64,000 bases of DNA, taken from positions 1,152,001 to 1,216,000 of the forward strand of contig OZ241855.1 of NCBI GenBank assembly GCA_965202785.1. The letters are read 5' to 3'. Below are positions 39,264 through 50,500 of the stretch, piece after piece. Every line of letters starts with the position of its first letter. Position 1 is the first letter of the stretch. This stretch comes from Thermodesulfobacteriota bacterium. Its GTDB lineage: Bacteria; Desulfobacterota_D; UBA1144; Nemesobacterales; Nemesobacteraceae. The notes under the pieces are model-generated. The model was not told where the DNA came from. It did no database searches and saw only the letters and a list, made by a program, of their open reading frames with translations. The position numbers and the translations under genes are program-made.

Positions 39264-40489
39264 TGGAAAGAGTAGAGATTGTCACAGAAGAACTTGGCAC
39301 TGAGGCCGACGGCACGAGAAAGCAGACCATGATGCTTAACATGGGGCCGCAGCATCCGTCAACCCACGGGGTTCTGCGGGTGGTTCTTTATCTTGACGGA
39401 GAGAGAGTCAAGGAGGCCGTTCCTCATATCGGTTACCTGCACAGGGGAATAGAGAAGCTCTGCGAGGACATTACCTATCAGAAATGTCTTCCGTATACCG
39501 ACAGGATGGATTACCTGGCCTCGATATGCAACAACATAGGCTTCATACTGGCCGTTGAGAAGCTCCTTGGGATTGAGGATGAAATTCCCGAAAGAGCCAA
39601 GGTCGCCGAGGTGATAATGTTTGAGCTCGGAAGAATCGAGTCCCACCTCATAGGCATAGGCGCAAACGCGATGGATCTCGGCGCTATGACCGCCTTTCTT
39701 TTCTGTTTCAAGGAGAGGGAGCGTATCTACGAGATTCTCGAGATGGTGTGCGGAGCGAGACTCACGACTTCCTACCCCAGGGTGGGGGGGCTCCCCATGG
39801 ATCTTCCCGAAGATTTCTCAGACACGATAAGGAATTTTCTTAAGATATTCCCTGGGACTTTAAGCGAGATAGACAGGCTTCTTACGAGAAACAAGATATG
39901 GATCGATCGCACTAAAGAAGTGGCGGTTATAAGCAAGGAGCAGGCGATTGATCTCGGGATTACCGGTCCCATACTGAGAGGAAGCGGCGTTCCGTACGAT
40001 GTGAGAAAAGCCGTTCCCTACCTTGATTACGAAAACTACGAGTTCGACGTACCGGTCGCCAATGAAGGAGACGCGTACGCCAGGTACCTCTGCAGAATGG
40101 AGGAGATGAGACAGAGCCTTCGCATAATCGAGCAGGCTCTTGACAATCTTCCCGACGGCCCCTACATAGCCGACCTTCCCGATATCGTCTTGCCCGAAAA
40201 AGAGCTTGTCTACACTAAAATGGAATCCCTGATCAGGCATTTCGTGCTGGTCTACAGCGGTTTTGAGACTCCTCCGGGGGAGATATACCACGCCGTGGAG
40301 AACCCCAAGGGGGAGCTTGGTTACTACATAGTAAGCGACGGTACGGGAAAACCCTACAGGATGCGGGTTCGTGGGCCGTCGTTTGTGAACCTGCAGGCCC
40401 TTCCGGATATGGTAAAGGGGGGATTCGTCTCCGATGTCGTTGCCGCAATAGGCAGCATCGACATAGTGCTCGGGGAAGTTGACCGCTGA
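39260..40489 (+). CDS. nuoD: NADH-quinone oxidoreductase subunit D
   Basis: NMGPQHPSTHGVLR, GYLHRG, DIVLGEVDR. Confidence 0.97.
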   Translation: MMERVEIVTEELGTEADGTRKQTMMLNMGPQHPSTHGVLRVVLYLDGERVKEAVPHIGYLHRGIEKLCEDITYQKCLPYTDRMDYLASICNNIGFILAVEKLLGIEDEIPERAKVAEVIMFELGRIESHLIGIGANAMDLGAMTAFLFCFKERERIYEILEMVCGARLTTSYPRVGGLPMDLPEDFSDTIRNFLKIFPGTLSEIDRLLTRNKIWIDRTKEVAVISKEQAIDLGITGPILRGSGVPYDVRKAVPYLDYENYEFDVPVANEGDAYARYLCRMEEMRQSLRIIEQALDNLPDGPYIADLPDIVLPEKELVYTKMESLIRHFVLVYSGFETPPGEIYHAVENPKGELGYYIVSDGTGKPYRMRVRGPSFVNLQALPDMVKGGFVSDVVAAIGSIDIVLGEVDR

Positions 40490-40697
40490 TTAAATCAGGA
40501 AAGACTGCCACTATCCCTGACGCTACGGGATCATCCCCGGACCTGTCGTAGTCGTTTAAGTCTTCATGGCCGCGGCAGAAAACAGCAACCTTTGGGCTGT
40601 CCACGTCTCTCTCCATTGACTGAGTGCTCATTTGACGCAATCTCGGAACACCAGCTACTCTTTACGCCAGCGATGAAACCTGACTCGGAGGTTTGGC

Positions 40698-42446
40698 TTG
40701 GCTTCAACCCCTATAAACGATCACATCCGCTATGAGCCGGACGAAAAATGCACGCCGCTCTCTTCCTTCGTCGTCGCCATACAGGGCATCGTGCTTGTGC
40801 TGCCGCTCGCAGTCTCGATAGTGGTTATCAATGTTCTGGCGACCGGCCAGGATGAAGCATATCTGACTTGGTCCGTATTTTCGGCGCTGATAATCGTAGG
40901 GATAGTCACTGCGCTGCAAGCCTCCAGGATAAGCCGATTTGGCGCGGGACATCTGGTCGTTATGGGAGTGACGCCCAACTACATCCCGCTGTCGGTACTT
41001 GCCCTGCATGAGGGAGGGCCAGCGATGCTGGCCAGTCTGATGGTCGTGTCTGCGCTCTTTTTCTTTGCGATAGCGACAAGGCTTCCGCAGCTGCGGCGCG
41101 TGATAACGCCGACTGTGTCAGGCACGGTGCTTATGCTGATAGCCGTGATGGTGCTGCCCATCTGTTTGGATCGATTCGGGGAAGTGCCGGAGGGTGGGTC
41201 GGCATTCGCCGGGCTGTGCGTGGCTGCGGTAACGCTTGTGGTATCCACGGTGCTGATACTGCGCGCCCCGCGGCGCTGGCGCCCGTGGTCCATACTGATC
41301 GGATTCGTGTCCGGCTGCGTGGTCGCCGTCCTCCTGGGAGTGTATGACCTGGAGCCATTGTACGCAGCGCCATGGGTAGGCATTCCCCAAGTCGGTTTCC
41401 AGGGGCTGGACCTTACATTGGCTGCCGGATTCTGGGCGCTGCTGCCGATGTTCCTGATTGTCACTCTGGTGCAGGCGATCAAAGGCATTGGGGACAACGT
41501 GGTGATCCAGCGGGTGTCGCGGCGCAGACCGAGGACGACCGATTTTCGGCTGCTGCAAGGCTCACTCTACTCAAATGGGCTGGGTGTTTTGCTATCAGGT
41601 CTTGCCGGAACGCCTCCTGCGTCGCCATACTCGTCATTCACGGCGTCGGTCGTGAACATGACGGGAGTCGCTGCCCGCAATGTGGGATACGTCATAGCGG
41701 TCATGCTTCTGGTACTGGCATTGCTGCCAAAGTTCACGGGCGCGCTGCTCACCATACCCAGTCCGGTGATGGGGGCATTTCTCTTGATTGCTGTGGGGAT
41801 ATTTTTTGTTGAGGGAGTACAGACTATCGTGCGTGACGGACTCGACTTTCAAAAGACCATTGTGGTAGGCGTGTCGTTCGCGCTTGGTGCCGGGTTCGAG
41901 CAACAGAACATTCTTGAGAACTTGCTCGTGCACCCGTGGGGCACACTGCTTGGCAATGGCATCACAGTGGGCGCGGCAACGGCGATTGCGCTCAACATCT
42001 TCCTGAATGTAACCAGTCCGCGGTCACGGAAACTCGAGGTTCGACTGGACTTTTCCGACCTGCCGCGAATCGACGCTTTCATGCAGGAAGTTGCAGCCAA
42101 TATGCACTGGAGCGAGGAGGCGACCCGGCGGCTGCGTTCGGCGGGCGAGGAGACGCTCTCGAGCCTGCTGCAGCCGGACAGCGAGTATCCCGCGGATAGC
42201 AGGCCGGACAAGACGCCGCGCCTGATCATAGCCGTGCGTCCCGACGGCAGGGCGGTGGAGATGGAATTCATCTCGACGCTTGAGGACGAGGAGAACCTGG
42301 AAGACCGTCTCGCGTATCTTAACGAAGAGGACGAAAGCGTGGACGAGAGGGAAGTATCGTTCCGCCTGCTGCGTCATTATGCCTCATCGGTGCGCCACCG
42401 GAAATATCAGGGGATGGATATCGTCGCGGTGCGGGTCGAAGCGTAA
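40698..42446 (+). CDS. NCS2 (xanthine/uracil) family permease with extra C-terminal domain (SupE-like)
   Basis: Many TM segments, TALQASR, ITPTVSGTV, NMTGVAAR, IPSPVMG; GGAGG RBS before TTG. Confidence 0.85.
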   Translation: MASTPINDHIRYEPDEKCTPLSSFVVAIQGIVLVLPLAVSIVVINVLATGQDEAYLTWSVFSALIIVGIVTALQASRISRFGAGHLVVMGVTPNYIPLSVLALHEGGPAMLASLMVVSALFFFAIATRLPQLRRVITPTVSGTVLMLIAVMVLPICLDRFGEVPEGGSAFAGLCVAAVTLVVSTVLILRAPRRWRPWSILIGFVSGCVVAVLLGVYDLEPLYAAPWVGIPQVGFQGLDLTLAAGFWALLPMFLIVTLVQAIKGIGDNVVIQRVSRRRPRTTDFRLLQGSLYSNGLGVLLSGLAGTPPASPYSSFTASVVNMTGVAARNVGYVIAVMLLVLALLPKFTGALLTIPSPVMGAFLLIAVGIFFVEGVQTIVRDGLDFQKTIVVGVSFALGAGFEQQNILENLLVHPWGTLLGNGITVGAATAIALNIFLNVTSPRSRKLEVRLDFSDLPRIDAFMQEVAANMHWSEEATRRLRSAGEETLSSLLQPDSEYPADSRPDKTPRLIIAVRPDGRAVEMEFISTLEDEENLEDRLAYLNEEDESVDEREVSFRLLRHYASSVRHRKYQGMDIVAVRVEA

Positions 42447-42489
42447 CGACGGCTTGGGTCGGCGAGCCAACGCAAGGGAAGAGTCGAGT

Positions 42490-43395
42490 TTACGTAGCGA
42501 TAATCGGCTCGATGAACTCAAGCATGGACCTGACGCATTCCTGTGGCTTTTCCAAAAGAAGAAAGTGGGTAGCGTCGGGCAGGAAGTCGTAATCTACGCT
42601 GGACATGTCACTCAGGTTGAGCGTCGGCAGGTATGAGTATGGCAGGGTCGGGTCAGCCCCGATGACCTTTGTCGGGGAGAGGAGAGACTGAAGGTCCACG
42701 AGTACGGCAAAGGTGCCGGCGTACTCTATCATCTGCGCCTGGTACTCAGGAGGACAGCAAAGTTCATACCCCTCTCCGTCCGCACGTTCACGCAGGGTTG
42801 TTCTTGCAAAAAGATCGAATACCCCCGGCACCACGTGCTGGAAGTCTGGAATGTAAGGAAGAATGTCCGCAAGTTCCTGCGTGGTTTGAAATCGATTCGC
42901 GCTTTGACGGATCCTTTTGGCCATACGTTTTGCGATATCTTCATAATCCTTAAAGCTCCGGCCGGGCTTGCAGAGAGGCGGGTCGAACAGAACCCGCGCC
43001 GCAAAGTCGCTGCCCTTTTTGGGTGATAGCAGAGTCGCCAGGGCTGAAACTGAGTGGAACACACCTATTCTGGGCTTTGCTCCGTAGTGGTGGTCGATAG
43101 CTTCAACAATGGTGTCGTTGTCCTGAACCAATGTTGGAAGACTATGGTTTTGAAGATCGCCTACCGGATTCCAGCCGTGGTTTCTGAGGTCGTAGATTAC
43201 TAGGTCGAAATCGTCGGTGAGAAGCGACCAGAACGGATAATACAGGTCGACTGCGAGGCCGTTGCCGTGGCTCATAACGAGTCGCGGCCCTGACGGGTTT
43301 CCATGTTGCCGTAGCGTAATGACGGTGTTGTCGTCCACGCGGACATCGTGAGTGGAAAGAGGCTCAGGCAACTCCCATACGATTTCTGAAGTCAC
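42490..43395 (-). CDS. Alpha/beta hydrolase (SupD-like)
   Basis: MSHGNG, YDLRNHG, FHSVS elbow, LFDPP, THFLLLEKP. Confidence 0.85.
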   Translation of the reverse strand: MTSEIVWELPEPLSTHDVRVDDNTVITLRQHGNPSGPRLVMSHGNGLAVDLYYPFWSLLTDDFDLVIYDLRNHGWNPVGDLQNHSLPTLVQDNDTIVEAIDHHYGAKPRIGVFHSVSALATLLSPKKGSDFAARVLFDPPLCKPGRSFKDYEDIAKRMAKRIRQSANRFQTTQELADILPYIPDFQHVVPGVFDLFARTTLRERADGEGYELCCPPEYQAQMIEYAGTFAVLVDLQSLLSPTKVIGADPTLPYSYLPTLNLSDMSSVDYDFLPDATHFLLLEKPQECVRSMLEFIEPIIAT

Positions 43396-44165
43396 TGGCG
43401 AACTCCTCGTTTTTCTGATACGTCACCGTTTTGCCGCTGTAATGACTGGTTGCTCAATTGGGACGGGACAAGCTCGTATGCAATGGCTGCTGAGAAATCC
43501 TCGTTGCCAATGTATTCGACGCGCCAGTGTACTTCCGGCAGCTGTGGGAAGCGAAATATGCCTATTCTCCCCTGATACAGGGCTGGCGGCACTTCAAACT
43601 GAGACACATCAAGGGTAAAACCTAGACCAAGAGCCTTGATTAGGGCTTCCTTGATGGTCCAGAACCTAAAGAATAACTGAATCCTGTCGCGTCCACGTAC
43701 GCATGCGAGGGCGGATTGTTCATGAGGACCAAACACGGCTCCGCTCAGTTCGTCAAAATCCTTTCGGGGGATACGTTCCTCTACATCCACGCCCAGCCGT
43801 CCATGGGGAACAAGAGCTATCAAACCATGCTTTCCGCTGTGACTGAGGTTGAAGCTGATGGCTGCCGGTGCTTCGTCTACCAGTACGAACAGCTTTCCAT
43901 AGTCAGATGAACTGAAGCTGAGGCGTTCATTGCTGCAGCCGAGTTGGCGACAGATGATAGCCCGAAGCGCAGCACGACACAGAGCAAATCTGCGACGAGA
44001 ACCTGAGAGCGGATATTGGCGACGGCGCACCTGCTCTTCCTCGTTGAGCCACAATAAAGATGATGCCTCACAACTGGCGTTAGGCCTCAAATCTACATGC
44101 ATGACGGTAGCGGAACCGGCCTTACGGAAGGAACTCCACCAGCACCTTGCAGCAGAAGTGGACAT
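43392..44165 (-). CDS. 4'-phosphopantetheinyl transferase, Sfp type (SupC-like)
   Basis: FNLSHS, LGVDVE, FWTIKEALIKALG. Confidence 0.93.
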   Translation of the reverse strand: MSTSAARCWWSSFRKAGSATVMHVDLRPNASCEASSLLWLNEEEQVRRRQYPLSGSRRRFALCRAALRAIICRQLGCSNERLSFSSSDYGKLFVLVDEAPAAISFNLSHSGKHGLIALVPHGRLGVDVEERIPRKDFDELSGAVFGPHEQSALACVRGRDRIQLFFRFWTIKEALIKALGLGFTLDVSQFEVPPALYQGRIGIFRFPQLPEVHWRVEYIGNEDFSAAIAYELVPSQLSNQSLQRQNGDVSEKRGVRQ

Positions 44166-44197
44166 CAGATGTTGGTTACCTCTACAGGCGTGAGGGG

Positions 44198-44443
44198 TTA
44201 AGAACTGTTGGCGTCCAGGTACGCTATCAATTCTCCAATATTCCCTATCTCCCCGACCTGTTCGGGAAGGAGGGAGACATTGAACTCCTGTTCGAGTACT
44301 TTGGCGAATGCCACTGCGTCCATAGAGGAAACACCCAGGTCAGCAAGGCTCTTGCCCGGATCCAGCAAATTGCCTATCGGCTGTCCATCTACCTCCAGGT
44401 TTTCGTCCGCAAGCTGTCTTAGTCTCTCTTCAGTTGAAGCCAT
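44198..44443 (-). CDS. Stand-alone acyl carrier protein (SupB-like)
   Basis: Acidic 81-aa protein with LADLGVSSMDAV; AAGGAGG RBS before ATG 44443. Confidence 0.88.
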   Translation of the reverse strand: MASTEERLRQLADENLEVDGQPIGNLLDPGKSLADLGVSSMDAVAFAKVLEQEFNVSLLPEQVGEIGNIGELIAYLDANSS

Positions 44444-44554
44444 AATATACAATCCTCCTTTTAGGAATTTAGAATAATACAGTGGAGTATACAATACGGT
44501 AGGTATTTAGGTCAATCGATTTTTCTGAAGTTTTTTCGTGACACGGCACCCCGA

Positions 44555-47500
44555 TTACACCCAGTGACGCCTGCGCTGGAACGGATAGCTCGGCAGCGAG
44601 ATGCGGCGGCGCGACTCCCCGGCGAACATGCCCTCAAAGGAAGGTGCCAATCCTGCCTCGTATGCCTCTGCAACCGCCTCCACAAAACCAGTACTGCTCT
44701 CATCTTCTTCCTCGTCGGATGGTCGCATCAGGCTCGCAAGCACGAGTGGTGAAGCGGTAGTTTCCTCTCCGTCCGACGAGTCTGGCCACTGGAGACTCAC
44801 CTGCGGCCCCAGTACCGCGCCGGGGCCAATTTCTACCACTGCACCCACTCCCAAGTCAGCAAGAGTGGAGATACCTGCGTCAAATGTCGCAGTCTCGCAC
44901 GCCTGCGTACGCCAGTACGCCCCGTCGAGTGGATTGTCCGAATCCATAACTAGCCCCGTAACGCCGCTCACCAGAGTCAGGGATGGAGGCGAGACCGCAC
45001 TCTCTGCGAATGCCGCTTCCAGACCTTTAAGAGATTGATCTGGGTCTACTCCCGGCAGCGCTGCCATCAACGTGCCACGAGTCAAGGCAAAGCGCAATCC
45101 GTCCTCTAAGGTGAAGACCCCCGCAGCCCGTGCCGCGGCGACCTCACCGGTGCCGTACCCCAGTGTGACGTTCGGTTGGATCCCAACACTTGCCCACAGT
45201 GCCGTCAGCGCGCACTCCAGTGCATAGAGAGCCGGCTGTGCCCAGGCTGCATCGTTCAAATCGCCCGTTGTTTCGGCGCGCTCGAACATCACATCGAGCA
45301 GCGATGCGCCTCTCTCTGTGCGCACCACGGTGTCACAGTAGTCCAAAACAGCACGCACGACTGGTTCGCTGTTGTACAGCGCCTCGCCCATACCAACCCA
45401 CTGGTTGCCCTCGCCTGTGTACACGAATGCTACCCTTGTTACAGGCTGCGGAGCTGGCTTATCAGGCGTAGCGTCGGTCTCCGCGAGTTTCGTCAGCCCT
45501 GCACGCAGAGACTGCGTATCTCCGAACACTACAGCGGCGCGATGATCAAAATGGCTACGTCCGACACTCGCCGTCCACGCTATGTCAGCAAGTGCAGGTG
45601 CTTCGGGGGAGGACTCAGCGATGTGCTTGTCGAGCCACGACAGGTACTGTCCTATCATGTTCCGCAGGGCACCTTCCGACTTGCCCGATAGCGGCAGGAG
45701 ACGCATTGTGCGCTCCGTTAATCCGTCCATGGCCAGCGGCAGATCCGCAATGGGCTCTGGCAGAGAAACGGGCACCTGCCGTGCGGCACCCCTAAACGAC
45801 TGCACTCCGGCACTTGCGCTGTCACCCTCTGTCGCGATTCCGTAGCCTTCCACCACCATATGCGCGTTTGTACCTGACATGCTGAACGCGCTTACTGCCG
45901 CGCGCGGCGGCTTGTCAGAATGGGCTGGCCAGACGGTCTTTTCAGAAGTCACCTGCACGGGCAGTCGGTCCCAGTCGATTTGTGGATTCGGTTCCTTGAA
46001 GTGCAGATGTTTCGGAATGACACCCTGCTTCATCGCCAGCACAGCCTTTATCAGACCTGCAACGCCCGCCGCCGTCTCCAGATGTCCGATATTTGACTTT
46101 ACGGTGCCTATCAGCAGCGGACGGTCAGCATCGCGCCCTCTTCCGTACACCGAGCCGACTGCGTGTACCTCAATCGCGTCGCCCAATTGGGAGCCTGCCG
46201 CGTGCGCTTCGAGATAGTCAACATCCGTCCCAGCGAGGCCCGCCTGAACAAGCGCCGCCTCCATAACACGCTCCTGTGCTGGGCCGTTCGGGACGGTCAA
46301 CCCCGTGCTTGTCCAGTTCTGGTTAATGGCAGAACCCTTGATGACGCCCCATATTCGGTCGCCGTCAACCTCCGCCTCGCTCAGCCGTTTCAGAAGGAGT
46401 ATTCCGCAGCCCTCGCCTCGTACATGGCCATCCGCAGACGCATCGAAGGGGCGAGACTGTCCACTCGGCGACAACATTCCCACATCCAGCATGAATTTGG
46501 AAATGTTGCGCGACAGCGCCGCATGTGCGCCTCCGGCGAGAGCTAGATCCACCTCGCCCCGCTGTAGCGCAGCAACGGCTTGATGTACCGCAGCCAATGC
46601 CGAGGCGCAGGCCATATCGATGGCCATTGCCGGGCCTTCCAGACCCAGTGCCGACGCGACCCTCCCGACGGTGATGCTGGCCGCCGTGCCGAGTTGACTG
46701 CCAGCCTTACCGCTGGCTTCAATCAAATGTCGGTATTCGCTGGCGGTGACTCCGGCATACACTCCGGTGCGACTGCCCCGTAGGCTGTCGGGAGCAATTC
46801 CGGCGTCTTCGACAGCTTCCCAACTCGTCTCCAACATCATTCTCTGTTGTGGGTCCATCATCCGCGCTTCTATCGGCGCAATGTGGAAGAAGCGTGAGTC
46901 AAACCACTCTATACCCTCGACAAACGCACCGCGCAGGTGGGCGGTGTTCTCGGAGTCTGGGTCTTCGGCAGCGTTCCCCTGCGAATCGCCAGCCTGGCGT
47001 CCGTCAGTCACTGCGTCAGTGCCCGATTCCATGAGGTGCCAGTATTCCGAAAGGTTTTTCGCACCTGGGAAGCGACACGCCATGCCGACTATCGCTATGT
47101 CGTCATCCTCAGTAGCGACGGACGGGCGCGGTGGGGGTGCGGCTGTCTCGGGCGTTGGAGCCGTCCCACTGTCCCCGCCCAGTTGACCGAGTTCACCCGC
47201 CAGATAGTGGGCTAAGGTAGTAATGTCGGGGTAGTCGAAGACGGCCGTGTTGGAGACGACATACTCGCCCGCGAATGCGCGGTTAAGCCGGTTTCTCAGT
47301 TCTACTGCCATCAATGAGTCCATCCCCAGATCGAAGAAGCCGATCGAGTTTGAAGGCGGGCTGGGCAGCCTCATCACTGCCTGGAGTTCCTTTTGCAGGA
47401 ACGACACCAGGATACTCTCCGACTCGGTTTGCGACGAGACGCGCAACTGAGACAACACGTCTTCCGAAGATTCCGACGTTTCGTCCATATCATCTGCGGA

Positions 47501-50500
47501 TGACAGCTCCTCCAGGAATGGCGGAAGATCATCGTGAGCCGTCGCGAAGGTCGGCCAGTCCACTGACGCGACCATACCGGCCGGAGCATCCTGTCGCATC
47601 AGCGTTTCAAGCGCTCTTAGCCCCTGCTGCGGCGTAATCCAGCCCGTGCCCGTCGCCTCCAGCTGGCTTTCGATGCGCTCTCGCTGCTCCTCTGCTTCGC
47701 CAAGCCCCGACCAGGCTCCCCACGCGATCGTCTGCCCGGGCAGTCCGAACGCGCGCCGATGGGCTGCGAGTTGATCCAGAAATGCGTTAGCCGCTGCATG
47801 GTTCGCCTGACCCGCGTTGCCCAGAACGCCCGCCACGCTGGAGAACAGAACGAACATATCCAAATCCCTGTGCATGGTCGCGCGGTGCAGATGCCATGCG
47901 CCAAGCATCTTTGGCCAGAGCACCTGCTGGAAACTGTCCCAACTCTGGTTCGCCAGTACGGCGTCCGACAGCACTCCCACGCTGTGTATAACACCAGCGA
48001 GAGGCGGTAGAGTCGCATTGATGCGCTCCAGCATCGCGTCCACCGCTGCCGTGTCCGTCACGTCCGCGATCTCCACCTGCACTGTCGCGCCGCGTCCGCG
48101 TAACGTGTCGATAGTTTCTATGGCCTCGGGATCGGGGTCGCGTCGGCCGTTCAGCACGATTGCGCCCGCGCCCCGGTCTGCCAGCCAGCTGGCCAGAGCA
48201 CAGCCAATACCGCCCAGTCCGCCGGTCACCAGGTAGGTTCTGTCCCCCCGCAGCCGTCCCGTCTCCAGCGGCGAATTTGTAAGAACGATCTTGCCGATGT
48301 GCCGCGCCGCGCGCATGAACTGCATCGCGGAGATGGCTTCCGCCATCGACCACCTGCTGTGGACAAGCGGCGTCAGTTCTCCTGCCTCAAACCGTTTCAT
48401 CACGGTCTTAAGAGCCGCTCCCGGCTGCTCCGGGTTCTGCTCTTTCAGGGTATCCTGTTCAAAGATGTGGTAGTCCACATCCGGGCGCGCGGCGGCCATT
48501 TCTTCCTCGGTGTAGATGTTCACTCCGGCCAACTCGATGAATCTGCCGCCATGCGCGAGGCAGGACAGGCTCGCCTCGATAAAGCCCTCTCCAGTCAGGC
48601 TGTTCAGCACCACATGAACACCTTCGTCGCCGGTGGCTTCGAGGATCTCCTGCCCGAACCGGGTCTGTCTGCTGTCGAAGACATGCTTCACGCCTAGCGA
48701 GCGTACATACTCCTGTTTCGACACGCTGGCCGTGGCGAACACTTCCGCGCCCGCGGCGTGCGCAAGCTGGATAGCTGCCGATCCTACGCCGCCGGCGCCC
48801 GCGTGAACAAGCACCCGCTCGCCCGCTTTCAATTTCGCCAGATCGTATGACAATGCGGCACAAACGAACACGGTCGGTATAGTGGCAAGCTGCGAAGTCG
48901 GGACACCCGGCGGCGCAAGCGCAACCATCTCCTCCCTCATGACCGCTTCTGAACCGAAAGTACCGAATGCCAGCGCAACTACGCGGTCACCAATCGACAC
49001 ACTCGTTACATCGGAACCGACTTCAAGAACATGTCCGCACGTCTCGCCACCCAAAACACCCTCATCGATAAGGCCAAGAGAACGGAACACATCCCAGAAG
49101 TTCAATCCGGAAGCCTCCACAGCCACGCGAACTTCTCTCGGTTCGAGTGAACGCTCCGGCGAGTCCAGCACCTGCAGTTCTTCAAGCGCACCGCCCGCGT
49201 CCGGCTCCAGGAACCAGCGCGACCCTTCCGGCAGGGTCAACTGCTCCGTATCAGCACCGGCACGAACGAGACGCGCAGCCCGACGGAATCCCAGACGGTA
49301 GGCGATGTGAGTCTCAGAGTCCGGGTACATCAGTTCATTGACGAGGTCAGATAGCGGCACAGTATTGGCGGGGTCAAGGTCGATCATCTTCGGTTGCAGA
49401 TGGGGCGCTTCCAGTGCCGCTACCTTGCCAAAGCCCCATAGCAGTGCGCCGGTCAGTTGTCCGAGATGCTCCCGCTCTAGGACCTGCCCGCCGCGCGTGA
49501 TAAACCACATGCCCTTTGCGGGCGCAGCATCGGCATCGCCCATCCCCTGCACGAGCGCCAGGGCGCTTGCGCCCACCTGCCTGATATCCTCGCCCAACTC
49601 TTCGGTGGTGGCGTCTGCGCCGCGACCGTCAAGCGCCGCGAGATGTACAATGCCGCTGAGCGGCACCTCCGCAGGCAGACCTTCGAGTAACGAGTGCCAC
49701 GATTCGCGGTTCTGCATCTCCACGGTCGCCTTGATCACTGCCCGATCTTTTTCTGATGATTCCCCGTCTGACTGAGCGCGGTCGCTCACCAGCACGACGG
49801 TCTGGTTGCGTGCTGCCAGTTCCGCTGCCAGCTCATCTGCCACACCGCATTGATCACCCGCGAGAACCCATATTCCTGCCGTCTCCTTCACCTCCGCAGG
49901 TCCTTGCGCCAGTATCACACCTTTCTCCGGTGTGCTGGTCGTGTCAGATTTGCTTCCTCCCAAGACCTCCACTTCACCGAAGCCCGCGTCGCCGAGCGCC
50001 TGTCGCCAGACCGCGGGGCCGATCATTGCGTGATGCGTACGGTAGTCGTCGGCAAAGCGCCACCAACCGTCCAACTGCCCAAAAGTCATGTCCTGCCAGT
50101 CCAGACCACAAAGGTTCTCAAGTGCCACCAACTGGCCCGATGGCGCGAGCAGCATGCGGCAGTGAGTCAGTGTCTCGTTCAGGTAGCGTGTGCCGTGCAG
50201 CACATTGGAGGCAATGACCAGGTCATAGCCATGAAGATCAAAGCCCTGCTCGATAGGGTCCTTTTCGATATCCAGGGCACGGTATTCGATTGACTCGTCG
50301 CTTCCGCCAAAACGCTTTTCTGCTTCTGAGAAGAAGCCGGCCGATATGTCAGTATATGTGTAATTATAGCGACCGGCCGGCAGCTCAGGCATCACCGCCG
50401 CCGTGCCCGCTCCCGTACCGGCGCCGACCTCCAGCACGCGCAGTCTTCGGTCTTTCGGCAGCGTGTCCAGGAGTGCCGCAACCGCATCCCCCAGCATTTG

